64,000 nt of DNA from Candidatus Dojkabacteria bacterium (GTDB lineage Bacteria; Patescibacteriota; Dojkabacteria; J137): contig JBDTVZ010000001.1 in NCBI GenBank assembly GCA_040006935.1, positions 18,218 to 82,217 of the forward strand, read 5' to 3'. Shown here piece by piece: positions 18,776-28,505 of this stretch. The notes beneath the pieces are model-generated. The model made no database searches, was not told the DNA's origin, and saw only the letters and a list, made by a program, of their open reading frames with translations. Both the position numbers and the translations under genes were made by a program. The number at the start of each line of letters is the position of its first letter. Position 1 is the first letter of the stretch.

Positions 18776-20416
18776 ATGAAATCTCGTTCAAAAACTTCAT
18801 TTCTTAAATTAGTTATCCCAGTTGTAATTATAGCAGGGATAATGCTTTTTATAACCAAAAGCAGAGCCGAAAACGACTTCAATATTCCAAGTAAGCCGAA
18901 TATTTTACAAGGCTCAGAATGGTGGAATAATGACTTTGCTTTCCGTAAAAAAGTTATTACTTCAAGTGAAATAGATCAGGTAATTAAAATCAATCATTCC
19001 CAAATGGTTATAGATAATAAATCTATCCAGGACGGCAGTGATTTAAGAGTGGTTGCATATGAAGGAACCGAATCAAAAGAAGTTCCAATGGATATTACAA
19101 ACCCAGATACATCCGAAACTTTAATAAATTTCTCAAAATCTAAAAATGTAACAGATGTATATTTATACTATGGTAATAAATCAGATTTACCTGAACCAAC
19201 GATTAGAAGCGAAGACCTCTCAACCTTAAAAGAAAATGCAAGTTTATCGGAAGAAGAAACTCCTGAGTTGCTGGTGACTACTCAAAAAAAATGGAATTTA
19301 AAGGAAAAAGATTCACAGTTAATTCTTCAAGTTGCAGACCAATTAAAGCAAGGAGATACCATTTATTATTATCTTCTTGATAATGAACAAACTCCACGGA
19401 ACATGGAAGTTCAAAATGGTTTTTCGACTATAAATCCAATTGATATTCAGCCTGGTGACCACAATATATTTCTAATCAAAAAATCAGGAGTAAATATTAC
19501 ACGTAGCAATTCTTCTAGATTTATTCTTTCCGAACCTATATATATTGCATGGACTGTTGATTGGGAAGGAATAGACCCAGGAAAACCAAATATAGAAAAT
19601 ATTTCTAAAACTGCTGTTGAGTTTAAAATTCCGATTACACATTTTTTTAGTCCAAGAACAATTATTAGTACAAAAATAACAGAACCAAGAAAAAAGGAAA
19701 TTATAAATTGGATAAAAGATAGAGTAAATAATTTTGGTGATGATCTAGCAATGAATTTACATTTTCAATTTGATTTAGTCGATGCTGCAGGAGTTGACCC
19801 AAAATATTCTGAAAAAACTTGGGATAATGGTATAAGTGGTTACGATATGCCTGGAACAGTTTACGATTATAATGAATATTTAAAAATACTAAATTGGGGA
19901 AAGCAAAAATTAATAGATGCTGGATTACCATCACCAAAAGGTTTTAGAGCAGGCGGTTGGTTTATAAATGATGATAATTTAAGAGCTGTTAAAGATGCAG
20001 GTTTTGTTTATGATTCCTCAGCAATTAAACCCACTGAGCTTGGTGAGAATAAAATGATGCAGGATTGGGAAACAACAAGTATAACCCAACCCTATAAAAT
20101 TTCTCAAAAAGATAAAAATTCTAGCGATGACCCAACCCTAGGAATTCTAGAAGTACCTATAAATGGAGGTGATACCTATATAAATTCTGCTGAGGAAATT
20201 TTACAAAATTTCAAAGATAATTATAGTTACAATACTTACTCGAATACATCGAAATTAATTGTTTATTCTTCAAGCCCAGATTGGTTTGATACTAGTAAAG
20301 ATGGTGTAGAGAATTTATTTGCAACAGTGTCAAATTACAGATATGATAGAGATAGGGGACCAGTTAAATTTATCACGCTAAATGAATGGCTTGATAAAAG
20401 TAATACAGGTAAATAG
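18776..20416 (+). CDS. secreted/anchored protein, possible DUF2341-like N-terminal and polysaccharide-deacetylase-like C-terminal regions
   Basis: N-terminal hydrophobic anchor (FLKLVIPVVIIAGIMLFI). WWNNDFAFRKKVI resembles DUF2341 starts. GFRAGGWFINDDNLRAVKDAGFVYDSS resembles CE4-type deacetylases. Both domain calls are weak. Confidence 0.5.
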   Translation: MKSRSKTSFLKLVIPVVIIAGIMLFITKSRAENDFNIPSKPNILQGSEWWNNDFAFRKKVITSSEIDQVIKINHSQMVIDNKSIQDGSDLRVVAYEGTESKEVPMDITNPDTSETLINFSKSKNVTDVYLYYGNKSDLPEPTIRSEDLSTLKENASLSEEETPELLVTTQKKWNLKEKDSQLILQVADQLKQGDTIYYYLLDNEQTPRNMEVQNGFSTINPIDIQPGDHNIFLIKKSGVNITRSNSSRFILSEPIYIAWTVDWEGIDPGKPNIENISKTAVEFKIPITHFFSPRTIISTKITEPRKKEIINWIKDRVNNFGDDLAMNLHFQFDLVDAAGVDPKYSEKTWDNGISGYDMPGTVYDYNEYLKILNWGKQKLIDAGLPSPKGFRAGGWFINDDNLRAVKDAGFVYDSSAIKPTELGENKMMQDWETTSITQPYKISQKDKNSSDDPTLGILEVPINGGDTYINSAEEILQNFKDNYSYNTYSNTSKLIVYSSSPDWFDTSKDGVENLFATVSNYRYDRDRGPVKFITLNEWLDKSNTGK

Positions 20417-20440
20417 TTTTAAACATTTATCGTTGAAAAG

Positions 20441-20899
20441 GTGATGATTAAATTTATATCAGAATCAAATATATTCGATCTTTTAAACCTGGGCAATCTT
20501 GACGAGGAGAAAAAAAACGACTTATTGCAAAACATGTTAACGATAACTCTAACGAAGAGTGTTTATAATTTCTTCGATGATACAGAGACCTCAATTGCAG
20601 AGTTAAATAGAATAGAAAAGAAAATGGATGAGGCTAAAGACGTAATTAAATTCCAAGAATTCCTACTAAAAAAATACCCTCAATTAAACGACTATATTGC
20701 AGAAGGTACCTACAGCTTTAAAAGAGATGCGTTAGTAAAACAAGTCGAGGCATATATACAAGAGTTGAAACAAGGAGAGCAAAATGAAGATACGACTTAT
20801 AAATTAAAATCTGCGGAGGATTTAGTAAAGTCCATTGATACAGAAAACGAAGAGGAATTCGAAAAGAGTTATCAAATTTATAAACAAGTAAGAAAATAA
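20441..20899 (+). CDS. small acidic helical hypothetical protein (first small gene of giant-protein operon)
   Basis: 152-aa ORF (GTG 20441 or ATG 20444). Lies 24 nt after the upstream gene and 6 nt before the giant ORF. Confidence 0.55.
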   Translation: MMIKFISESNIFDLLNLGNLDEEKKNDLLQNMLTITLTKSVYNFFDDTETSIAELNRIEKKMDEAKDVIKFQEFLLKKYPQLNDYIAEGTYSFKRDALVKQVEAYIQELKQGEQNEDTTYKLKSAEDLVKSIDTENEEEFEKSYQIYKQVRK

Positions 20900-20905
20900 A
20901 ATAAC

Positions 20906-23900
20906 ATGAATAGTGCAATTGCAAAAGCTATCGCAGGACAAGACACTCTTGTTACTCCAGCTAGATTTGATAATAATCAGCAAAAAGACAGAATGAGAAA
21001 TAAAAATGGAGCTGATGGTCGTGGTCTTGTACAAAAGTACGGTATTAATCCTACTGATTTAGCAGCGCTTGAAGCCTATGTTGATGGAAACCTACAACAA
21101 GTACAAATTATAGACCAAGACGCAAATACAATGGAAGCTGATAGATTAAATCAGTCCAGTGGTGGTGAGCAATGGCTTAGAAAACATAAAATTACTAAAT
21201 TTATTGGTAAATTTGGTAAATTTATAGCACCACAAATTGCAGGAATGGGCGTAAGAGCAGCTTTTGGAACAGTAGGTGCAACAGGTGGTCCATTAGTTGC
21301 AGGGGCAATTGGAGGACTTACAGGTGGTTTAAAAGCTGCAGTTGATATTACATTGGCAGGAAGGAATAACACAGACATTGTCGAGTTCTTTGGTAAGAAT
21401 GTAAACGTGGCTGGAGTATTTGAGCAACAGAATAGAGATAAATGGAAAGTAGATAAATTGGCAAGAGGCTGGTTTAATTGGGGAAAAAATTGGGCATTAG
21501 AACCAGTTTATAAATATCAAGAGAGAGAAGATAGGATTTTAAATTTCTTAAGCGATAAAAGGCTAGATTTTTCTAGAGAGGGATATTTCAGAGATCCAAT
21601 GACGGTATTCCCTGTAATGAAGAATCTCCCACTTTCAGATATCCAATTATTTTTGAAAGATTTGTATATACAAGGTACTCTCCTTAGTGCTGTAGGGAGC
21701 AGAAAGGATTTAACACCAGAAGTTAGAAGGATAATCCAAAATTGGATAGACTCATTTTGTGAATTACAACTAATGCTAAATGCTATTTTGTTGAATAGAG
21801 GTTTGCCTTTAACACAAATAGAAGGGATTAGGACTGATGCAACGAAAGAAATAACTTCGTTTAGATCTGCCAAAGGAGAGGCTGCATATGCTCTCAGAAG
21901 AGGCACAACTAATGCAATTCAAAGTGCTGTTTATAATGTAGCATTCCAAACCTTAGTAACAGGTGTTCAAAAATTAGTTACACACTATCAAGGTCTAGTT
22001 ACAATTAATAGAGAGTTAGTTCCAATAAATAACAATGTGGATGCAATGAGGGCAGCTAATCCTCGTTTGGATCAAATAGATCAACAGGTACAGAATTTAC
22101 AGACCCAATTACAACAGACAAACGTAGCTGGTGGGGTTACTAATGTAACCAATCAAGTAGTGCAAAATGTGGCAGGGACTGCAAGAGATAGAGCCCTTTC
22201 ACTCTTTGGTGCAGATTACTTAAATAATGCCGGAATGGGAGAAATGGGAAGGTGGGCAAGAGTTGCAGCAATACAAACTTTTCAAAATCAATATACACCT
22301 CAAGTTGAGAATTTGATTGGAACTTTATCAAGAAACACACACTTAAGCAGAGATGATATCTTAGCCTGGATAATGAATAGAGGGTCTATTGATGGAGCTT
22401 ATCAAGTAGTTGGCGGAGCTTCTATAGTAAATTTAAACGTAACTGATTTACTAACAAGAGCCATAAATGGTCAGTATAATGTTGCATCAATTATTCAAGG
22501 TGCAAATGCAAATGTAGATGCTAGGTGGTTAGATTTAATGAAAAATGGAATGGGACAAATAATTAATCAAGTAACTACTACTAATGTTGCAGGTGCTGGA
22601 TTAACAGATGCTGCACGAGCAAATATTTTTGAGCAAATTGCGAGATTATTAGCTGAGAAAGCTTTAATTGGAGAGAATATTGGGGGAGCTGAATTGCAAA
22701 GAGCAGTAGCTGCTATGGATCCTAACATTTTAAGACAGATATCAGAAGGAAGTGTAAATGTTTTGGATTACTTAATCGATACTGGGTTAATTGTTGCTGG
22801 CGGTGCAATTGGGTTTATAGGTGTTGCAGGTTCTTGGGCAGCAGAAAGTGGGGAATTAGGCACAAGAAGAACTGTTGAAGTTAGAAGAAATATCCCTAAT
22901 CCAAATACTCCTATGCCGCCACCGGTTGGGCCAAATGGTAGACCTTATCCTCAGCCTAACGCGCAACGTGCAGCAGTTTATAATGCAACGCCATATCCAC
23001 AACAAGCTGCGAATCAGCAGCCAGGATTAGCTCCTGTTCCGCAAGGAGGATTAGGTTCAGGTGTTCCAGTTTCAAGCGATGAAACGCTTCATGGTGTCAG
23101 AGCATTGGATGATGCTTCAGCTCAAACAGTCCCATCTGATTTTTTTGCTAACACAAGGCAAAATACCTCCACTCAGCCTATATTAAATAATGCTGTGCCT
23201 CAACAAAATCAACCAGTAGATCAAAATAATCTTGTAGCTAAGATTAATCAAATTATGACTGAGAATTATGACTTGCCTAGAATTATTAATGAGATAATTA
23301 ACAATCCTAGAACAATTACTTTGGACGCTGTTATCCATAACGATAATATATCGAGGCTTTTTGACAAAGCCTTGATCTCGAATTTAGGTATTAAAGAGAA
23401 AGTCTACTATTTAGGAAATGATGGACTAAAAAAAGAAAAAGATATTATGAAATTGATTATTATTAATGACCAATACAATGATATTGTGAAGGATCTAGAC
23501 GCTTGGGGATTAAGTAAAGATCAAATTATCCTTAGACGTATTGTTAATAAACCAGGTGGAGGTGAGGAGGAAGTATTCTACAATATGAAAATAAATAATA
23601 GAAATTATACAATTGAGGAAATAACTGATTCAGGTGTTGAAGTAGGTGGTATTCAATATGGAACACCAAAAGTCACTGACTTAGGCATTGGATTCAATTT
23701 ACTTAGTCAAATAGAAGAAACACAGAAATCTACATCAGTAGGAGAAAATCAAGTAGAAAATAAGGACGAAGATATTATTGCGAGATTTAATATTCCTGAT
23801 TATCCTACTGGAGCTTCTCAGGGTTATCCCGAATCTATAGCAGGAAAAGAAGCAATTATTAATAAAAATTATAAAGAGGAGTATAAATTGCAGCCATATG

Positions 23901-26900
23901 ATGGAGAAGTAGAAAAATATCCACTATTTGATAATGATTACAATGAATTTGACGGAATAATGTTACATAGATTTGAAATTGAAGGTCAAAAATTTGATTT
24001 ATTTATAACTAAAGAAGGTGCAATTTGGTATTTCGATAAAGATAATAATTTTATGAGATTAGAAAATCCTGCAAATGTAGGAGGAACTATTACTTTAGAT
24101 AACGGTGAAGCTTATGAAATAAAATTAGATGCAAATCATAATGTAAGAGTTAAGAAGAACGAAGTTGTTGCAGCACCAGATGTAATTGGTGAGAAGATAA
24201 TTGTAGATGGAGATGAAGTTATCATTAACTCATCAGAAAATTTAAGATTACTTGGCTCTGGAAATAGCTCTATCCCACTTGAATCTTTTGCGATTAAAGA
24301 TGGTAAAGGGAAAATAGAAGAAGACTCAAGGCTATTAGTAATTAATAACCAGAAGTATGTGTTCAGAGATGGGAAAATATATGAAATTAATGGAACAGAG
24401 GTAGTAGAAGATCAAGATGGAACTATCACTATTGAATCATCAAAAGAGCGAGATGTGAAAGTAAAATTATCTAACGGTAAAATAGAAGTATATGAAATTA
24501 TAAAGGGTGATCTTAAATTACCAAAATTGGAAAGAAGAGAATTCCAAGCTAACAGTGTCGAAACGAAGAAACTAAGTTCAGAAGAAAGATTGCAATCACT
24601 AAATGATCAATTAAAAGATAAAAAAATCACTATAGAAAACAAAAATGAGAGTGCAATTACTATTAGTGATTTAGAATTAACACCAGATGAAAAGGCTTTA
24701 CTCCAAGGAAGATTATCTTTGTGGTACGACAGAATTCAAGAAATCAACCCTTTAATCTTAACTGGTCCGTATGATAAAACTTTCAATTTTCAAGAGTATG
24801 GTAATGGTGAAAGTATAGCTGCTGCAATTGTAGAATCTGGTTTTGAAGGAAATAATAATAGTTTAAATCTAGTTGATTTTATAAATAACCCTGACAAATT
24901 GGATATAGCTGATGTAGAAAGAGCTTTGATTAACAAATTTGGATGGAAAGAGGAAAAACAAGCAGAAAATAGAGTGGAAATTATGCTTTATGTTTACCAT
25001 TTAGTTCATGCTGTGGAAGGTGCATTAGGTGGATATTTCGGAGTATATAATCAATTAGAGGCTCTTGATGGTAAAGATATAAAAATTGATATTCAAAATG
25101 ATTCTGGGGCAAATGCTATTCGTTTTGTAGGTAAAGATAATATTAAAGAATTAACACCAGAGAACAAGGCCTTCATTGGCGGTAGAATTACTAAATTATT
25201 TGATATTTCTAGGAAGTTGAATCCTGATATTAGCCCTGAAGACCATCAAACACTTCACTATGACTTTTCAAATGATGGTAATAGGATGCTTAATGCTATT
25301 AGAAAAATTGTTTCTAAAGAGAACGCGGGACCAATATCCTTGTTTAATCTATTAAATGAGATCGAGATTATTGATTTCGGAGAATTATTCCCAACGTTGT
25401 TTATGGAGGGTTGGAAAGACGACAACATGAATGATAATAGAGCAGCAGTTGGTTTAATGCTTTGGCATTTAGCAAATGCAATTGAGGGACAGCTAAGTGA
25501 TAATGAAGTAAAGGGCGAAGACAAAATTTTGGATGTTGACACTGAAATAAAAAAAGACAAGGAATTTGTTGTCAGATTAATCTCTAGCATAAAAGATGTC
25601 ACACCTAAATCTACCTCTGAAGAACGGCTATTCCCGATGGTATTTGAAGCGATTGGCTATAATACTGGAAATAGAGATAACCCAGATTTGCTTGTAACAG
25701 CAATTATTATGGATTCTATTGAGCATTATGCACTTCCAGGATTAGTAAATAGAATAATAGACTTAATGGATATTGATGATGTCGATAGAGAATCCGTGCG
25801 ATTAGGAATTTATACATTTATAGAGGAAAAATTATTAACTAACGATATTGCTGTAGTTCATAAGGACGATGCAAAGACTGCTTTAATTGGACTTGAATCC
25901 AGGAAAACTCTAGAGACACTAGATATTGCTTTAAGTGTCGAAGAAATAAGTAAATTAAATAAAGAAAGTAATGAAGATGAACAAACTAATAATTTAGAAG
26001 TTAACAAGTTCCCGGAGAGTATGGAACTAAACAAGGCATATGAAACTTTAATTCAATGGGATAGAAATCCTTTAAAAGTTGAAATCCCAGTAACTAATGA
26101 GCAAGGGGTAAGTTTTCAGATAAGTTTTAACCATAAAGAATTAGTACCAGCACTTAATGCAGAAGGTCGAATAATGCATAGGGAATTTAACGTTAAGAAC
26201 TCCCAAAATGTTAAGGATTATCCTACTGAGTCTGGGGAATACACGTTGATTTATTCTTTTAGTAAGGTTAAAACATCGGGAGAGGGGATTGAAAGTTTAT
26301 TAATAGAGTATAAAGTTTTAAAGAAAGAAACTCCCGATTCTAAAAATATAGATAAAGTTAAGCTACTAAGAACGATTGAAGAAAAAGAGAAAAACTTAGG
26401 AGAATTACAAGAACAATTACAATCTAATCTAATAAGTAGAGAACTTTATAATGTCAAGAGGAGAGATTTAATGTTTAAAGTAGGAAATGATTGGTTATTA
26501 GTGGGGTTAAAACGATGGCATCTTCATCATCCTGAAAAAGCAGGTACCAAGGACGAATGGGAAATAATTAACCCATACCAAAGGTATCAATTAGAGAGGC
26601 CTATTATTAAAACTAAAGATATTAATGAACCAGACTTTCTTGCCAGCCTAAGTGAGGGTAATGATCAGGTAATCAGAAATCTAGATGCTGAGAAAATAAT
26701 TGGAGAACTTAAGCCAGGAAGACAGTTTGAATCGGATGATAATATCTTTACAGTTATAGAGATTACCCCAAACGGAGTATTTAGAACAAAAAGGCAATCA
26801 AGGAAAGGGGGAATAGAAGTATCTCTAAATTTTGCAAGAGAAAATCTATTGGAATATTTTACAGAAGGAAGGTTGAGAACTATTGAAAATATTAATGTAA

Positions 26901-27463
26901 ACGAAAATAAAAAGAAAGTAGATGAAATTGTTATCTCATTAGAAAAAAATAAAGAACTAATTGAAAGATTAACTATCAATGACAGATTCAGAAGAAAAAC
27001 CACAAATACTACTTACACAATCGAAGATAATGATGGTGATAGTTTGGTAGTAATAGAAAGCACTGCTCGAACAGAAACTCCTATGTTTTTAAGAAAAAGC
27101 ATTTTGCTTGAATGGTTGCTTAACGATGATGTGGAGATGTTAGAGCCAGAAGATAATTCTGAATATGAAAAAACTGTTGAAAACTTAAAGAAAGGGGATG
27201 AATTTACCTACAACGGAAACAAGTACGTGGTTTTACCTAGTATCTCAGGTTATCGTGGGATAGTTGGCGGTAACATAGATAAGCGAAGCGATGTGAAGAG
27301 ATTTCCATCTGGGACCTTTATGAGATTTTTAAAGGAAGGAGTAGTTAAGATTGAAAGTACGAATGAAGAGATAACGCAACAAGTTGCAAAAGGAGTAAAG
27401 GAAGCTCAGAGAAGTCCAACAGCTATTCTAAAGGAAATAGCAGATACTTATGAAGATTTATAA
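20906..27463 (+). CDS. giant protein 1 (2185 aa), unknown family
   Basis: Uninterrupted 6.5-kb ORF. Gly-rich hydrophobic segments at 21221..21362 and 22772..22853, a Pro/Gln-rich linker at ~22885..23230, then a K/E/I/N-rich body with internal duplications (24780-25030 vs 25255-25500) and three C-terminal ~60-aa repeats (26702..27357). Confidence 0.8.
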   Translation: MNSAIAKAIAGQDTLVTPARFDNNQQKDRMRNKNGADGRGLVQKYGINPTDLAALEAYVDGNLQQVQIIDQDANTMEADRLNQSSGGEQWLRKHKITKFIGKFGKFIAPQIAGMGVRAAFGTVGATGGPLVAGAIGGLTGGLKAAVDITLAGRNNTDIVEFFGKNVNVAGVFEQQNRDKWKVDKLARGWFNWGKNWALEPVYKYQEREDRILNFLSDKRLDFSREGYFRDPMTVFPVMKNLPLSDIQLFLKDLYIQGTLLSAVGSRKDLTPEVRRIIQNWIDSFCELQLMLNAILLNRGLPLTQIEGIRTDATKEITSFRSAKGEAAYALRRGTTNAIQSAVYNVAFQTLVTGVQKLVTHYQGLVTINRELVPINNNVDAMRAANPRLDQIDQQVQNLQTQLQQTNVAGGVTNVTNQVVQNVAGTARDRALSLFGADYLNNAGMGEMGRWARVAAIQTFQNQYTPQVENLIGTLSRNTHLSRDDILAWIMNRGSIDGAYQVVGGASIVNLNVTDLLTRAINGQYNVASIIQGANANVDARWLDLMKNGMGQIINQVTTTNVAGAGLTDAARANIFEQIARLLAEKALIGENIGGAELQRAVAAMDPNILRQISEGSVNVLDYLIDTGLIVAGGAIGFIGVAGSWAAESGELGTRRTVEVRRNIPNPNTPMPPPVGPNGRPYPQPNAQRAAVYNATPYPQQAANQQPGLAPVPQGGLGSGVPVSSDETLHGVRALDDASAQTVPSDFFANTRQNTSTQPILNNAVPQQNQPVDQNNLVAKINQIMTENYDLPRIINEIINNPRTITLDAVIHNDNISRLFDKALISNLGIKEKVYYLGNDGLKKEKDIMKLIIINDQYNDIVKDLDAWGLSKDQIILRRIVNKPGGGEEEVFYNMKINNRNYTIEEITDSGVEVGGIQYGTPKVTDLGIGFNLLSQIEETQKSTSVGENQVENKDEDIIARFNIPDYPTGASQGYPESIAGKEAIINKNYKEEYKLQPYDGEVEKYPLFDNDYNEFDGIMLHRFEIEGQKFDLFITKEGAIWYFDKDNNFMRLENPANVGGTITLDNGEAYEIKLDANHNVRVKKNEVVAAPDVIGEKIIVDGDEVIINSSENLRLLGSGNSSIPLESFAIKDGKGKIEEDSRLLVINNQKYVFRDGKIYEINGTEVVEDQDGTITIESSKERDVKVKLSNGKIEVYEIIKGDLKLPKLERREFQANSVETKKLSSEERLQSLNDQLKDKKITIENKNESAITISDLELTPDEKALLQGRLSLWYDRIQEINPLILTGPYDKTFNFQEYGNGESIAAAIVESGFEGNNNSLNLVDFINNPDKLDIADVERALINKFGWKEEKQAENRVEIMLYVYHLVHAVEGALGGYFGVYNQLEALDGKDIKIDIQNDSGANAIRFVGKDNIKELTPENKAFIGGRITKLFDISRKLNPDISPEDHQTLHYDFSNDGNRMLNAIRKIVSKENAGPISLFNLLNEIEIIDFGELFPTLFMEGWKDDNMNDNRAAVGLMLWHLANAIEGQLSDNEVKGEDKILDVDTEIKKDKEFVVRLISSIKDVTPKSTSEERLFPMVFEAIGYNTGNRDNPDLLVTAIIMDSIEHYALPGLVNRIIDLMDIDDVDRESVRLGIYTFIEEKLLTNDIAVVHKDDAKTALIGLESRKTLETLDIALSVEEISKLNKESNEDEQTNNLEVNKFPESMELNKAYETLIQWDRNPLKVEIPVTNEQGVSFQISFNHKELVPALNAEGRIMHREFNVKNSQNVKDYPTESGEYTLIYSFSKVKTSGEGIESLLIEYKVLKKETPDSKNIDKVKLLRTIEEKEKNLGELQEQLQSNLISRELYNVKRRDLMFKVGNDWLLVGLKRWHLHHPEKAGTKDEWEIINPYQRYQLERPIIKTKDINEPDFLASLSEGNDQVIRNLDAEKIIGELKPGRQFESDDNIFTVIEITPNGVFRTKRQSRKGGIEVSLNFARENLLEYFTEGRLRTIENINVNENKKKVDEIVISLEKNKELIERLTINDRFRRKTTNTTYTIEDNDGDSLVVIESTARTETPMFLRKSILLEWLLNDDVEMLEPEDNSEYEKTVENLKKGDEFTYNGNKYVVLPSISGYRGIVGGNIDKRSDVKRFPSGTFMRFLKEGVVKIESTNEEITQQVAKGVKEAQRSPTAILKEIADTYEDL

Positions 27464-27465
27464 CT

Positions 27466-28485
27466 ATGGATCAACCACCTCAAGATTTGGTCAAAAAAAA
27501 GGGGAAAGTACTAGCTAGCCTTAACTTGTATCCAGAGCTTCTAAATCATCCTGATATGCAGGAGGATCGGCTAGCTACATTGAACCAAATTGGAGAAACT
27601 CTTTTAGGTTTGTTTCAAAAATTATTTAGTAACCCTGAGTACTACGGCGATGTATTTTTCATTGGTGGAATAGAAAAATGGCTTTCCGATTTAGAGAATA
27701 TTGAGATATTTGAAGCAGTAGTTCAACAACTTCGAACACTGGAGGAGATAGGGTCTGATCAAGCAGAATGGCATATTAGAAACTTTTTAAATAATGTAGC
27801 AAAAAGAGTTAAAAGTAATGGAGGTCAGTTATCACTACAAACAAATGATAAGTTAGGAATTACGGAAGCCGAAGCTGTTTTTAAGCAAATGGATAAAATT
27901 AGTGCAGAAAGAATTCATATCCCTGAGAATTTAAATATTTTATTGGACCAAAGATTTATAATTTCTGCACGCGAACTAGAAATAGATATGCAAAAGGTTT
28001 TAGCGCGTCCAAAAGTTACAGAAGTATCCTTTTTAGATCAGCCTAGAGCAGATTTCCAAAAAGAGATTGAGATGTACGATAATGATAGCGAAATTGATGG
28101 AGTTCTTTTGTTTATTCTTTCCAACTTAACAGGAGATGCTATGCAATATGTTATCAATCAAATGGTAAATAAATTAAAAAGAACTACTCAAACAGTTGTG
28201 GCAGTTCTTGAAAGGTATAGAACTTCGTTTGAAAGCAGAGTTTTGAGAGGAGAACAAATCTCGGTCTATGGATCGCCAATACGAGATTATGAATTAATTA
28301 TAAATGAAATACTTGATCTTATTAAAGAACAAGAGAAAAAGAATGGAGAGTATTTATTCGGTGCAGTAGATCTACTTAGAACCAAATCACCAGACGGGTT
28401 TGTAGGTATAACTAAAATGTCACAAATACTATTAACCACACATAGAGCAAGGTATAAAAGTAAAATTATAGCCTTACTAAAATAA
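27466..28485 (+). CDS. hypothetical protein between the giant genes
   Basis: 339-aa ORF, 2 nt after giant 1 and 20 nt before giant 2. No recognisable motif. Confidence 0.6.
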   Translation: MDQPPQDLVKKKGKVLASLNLYPELLNHPDMQEDRLATLNQIGETLLGLFQKLFSNPEYYGDVFFIGGIEKWLSDLENIEIFEAVVQQLRTLEEIGSDQAEWHIRNFLNNVAKRVKSNGGQLSLQTNDKLGITEAEAVFKQMDKISAERIHIPENLNILLDQRFIISARELEIDMQKVLARPKVTEVSFLDQPRADFQKEIEMYDNDSEIDGVLLFILSNLTGDAMQYVINQMVNKLKRTTQTVVAVLERYRTSFESRVLRGEQISVYGSPIRDYELIINEILDLIKEQEKKNGEYLFGAVDLLRTKSPDGFVGITKMSQILLTTHRARYKSKIIALLK

Positions 28486-28505
28486 ATCTCTTCTATAGTT
28501 CTAAA

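Noticed and set aside
21151-21378. 75-aa Pro/Ala-rich minus-strand ORF
   Set aside because: It is the antisense reading of the Gly-rich (GGN-rich) segment of giant protein 1.
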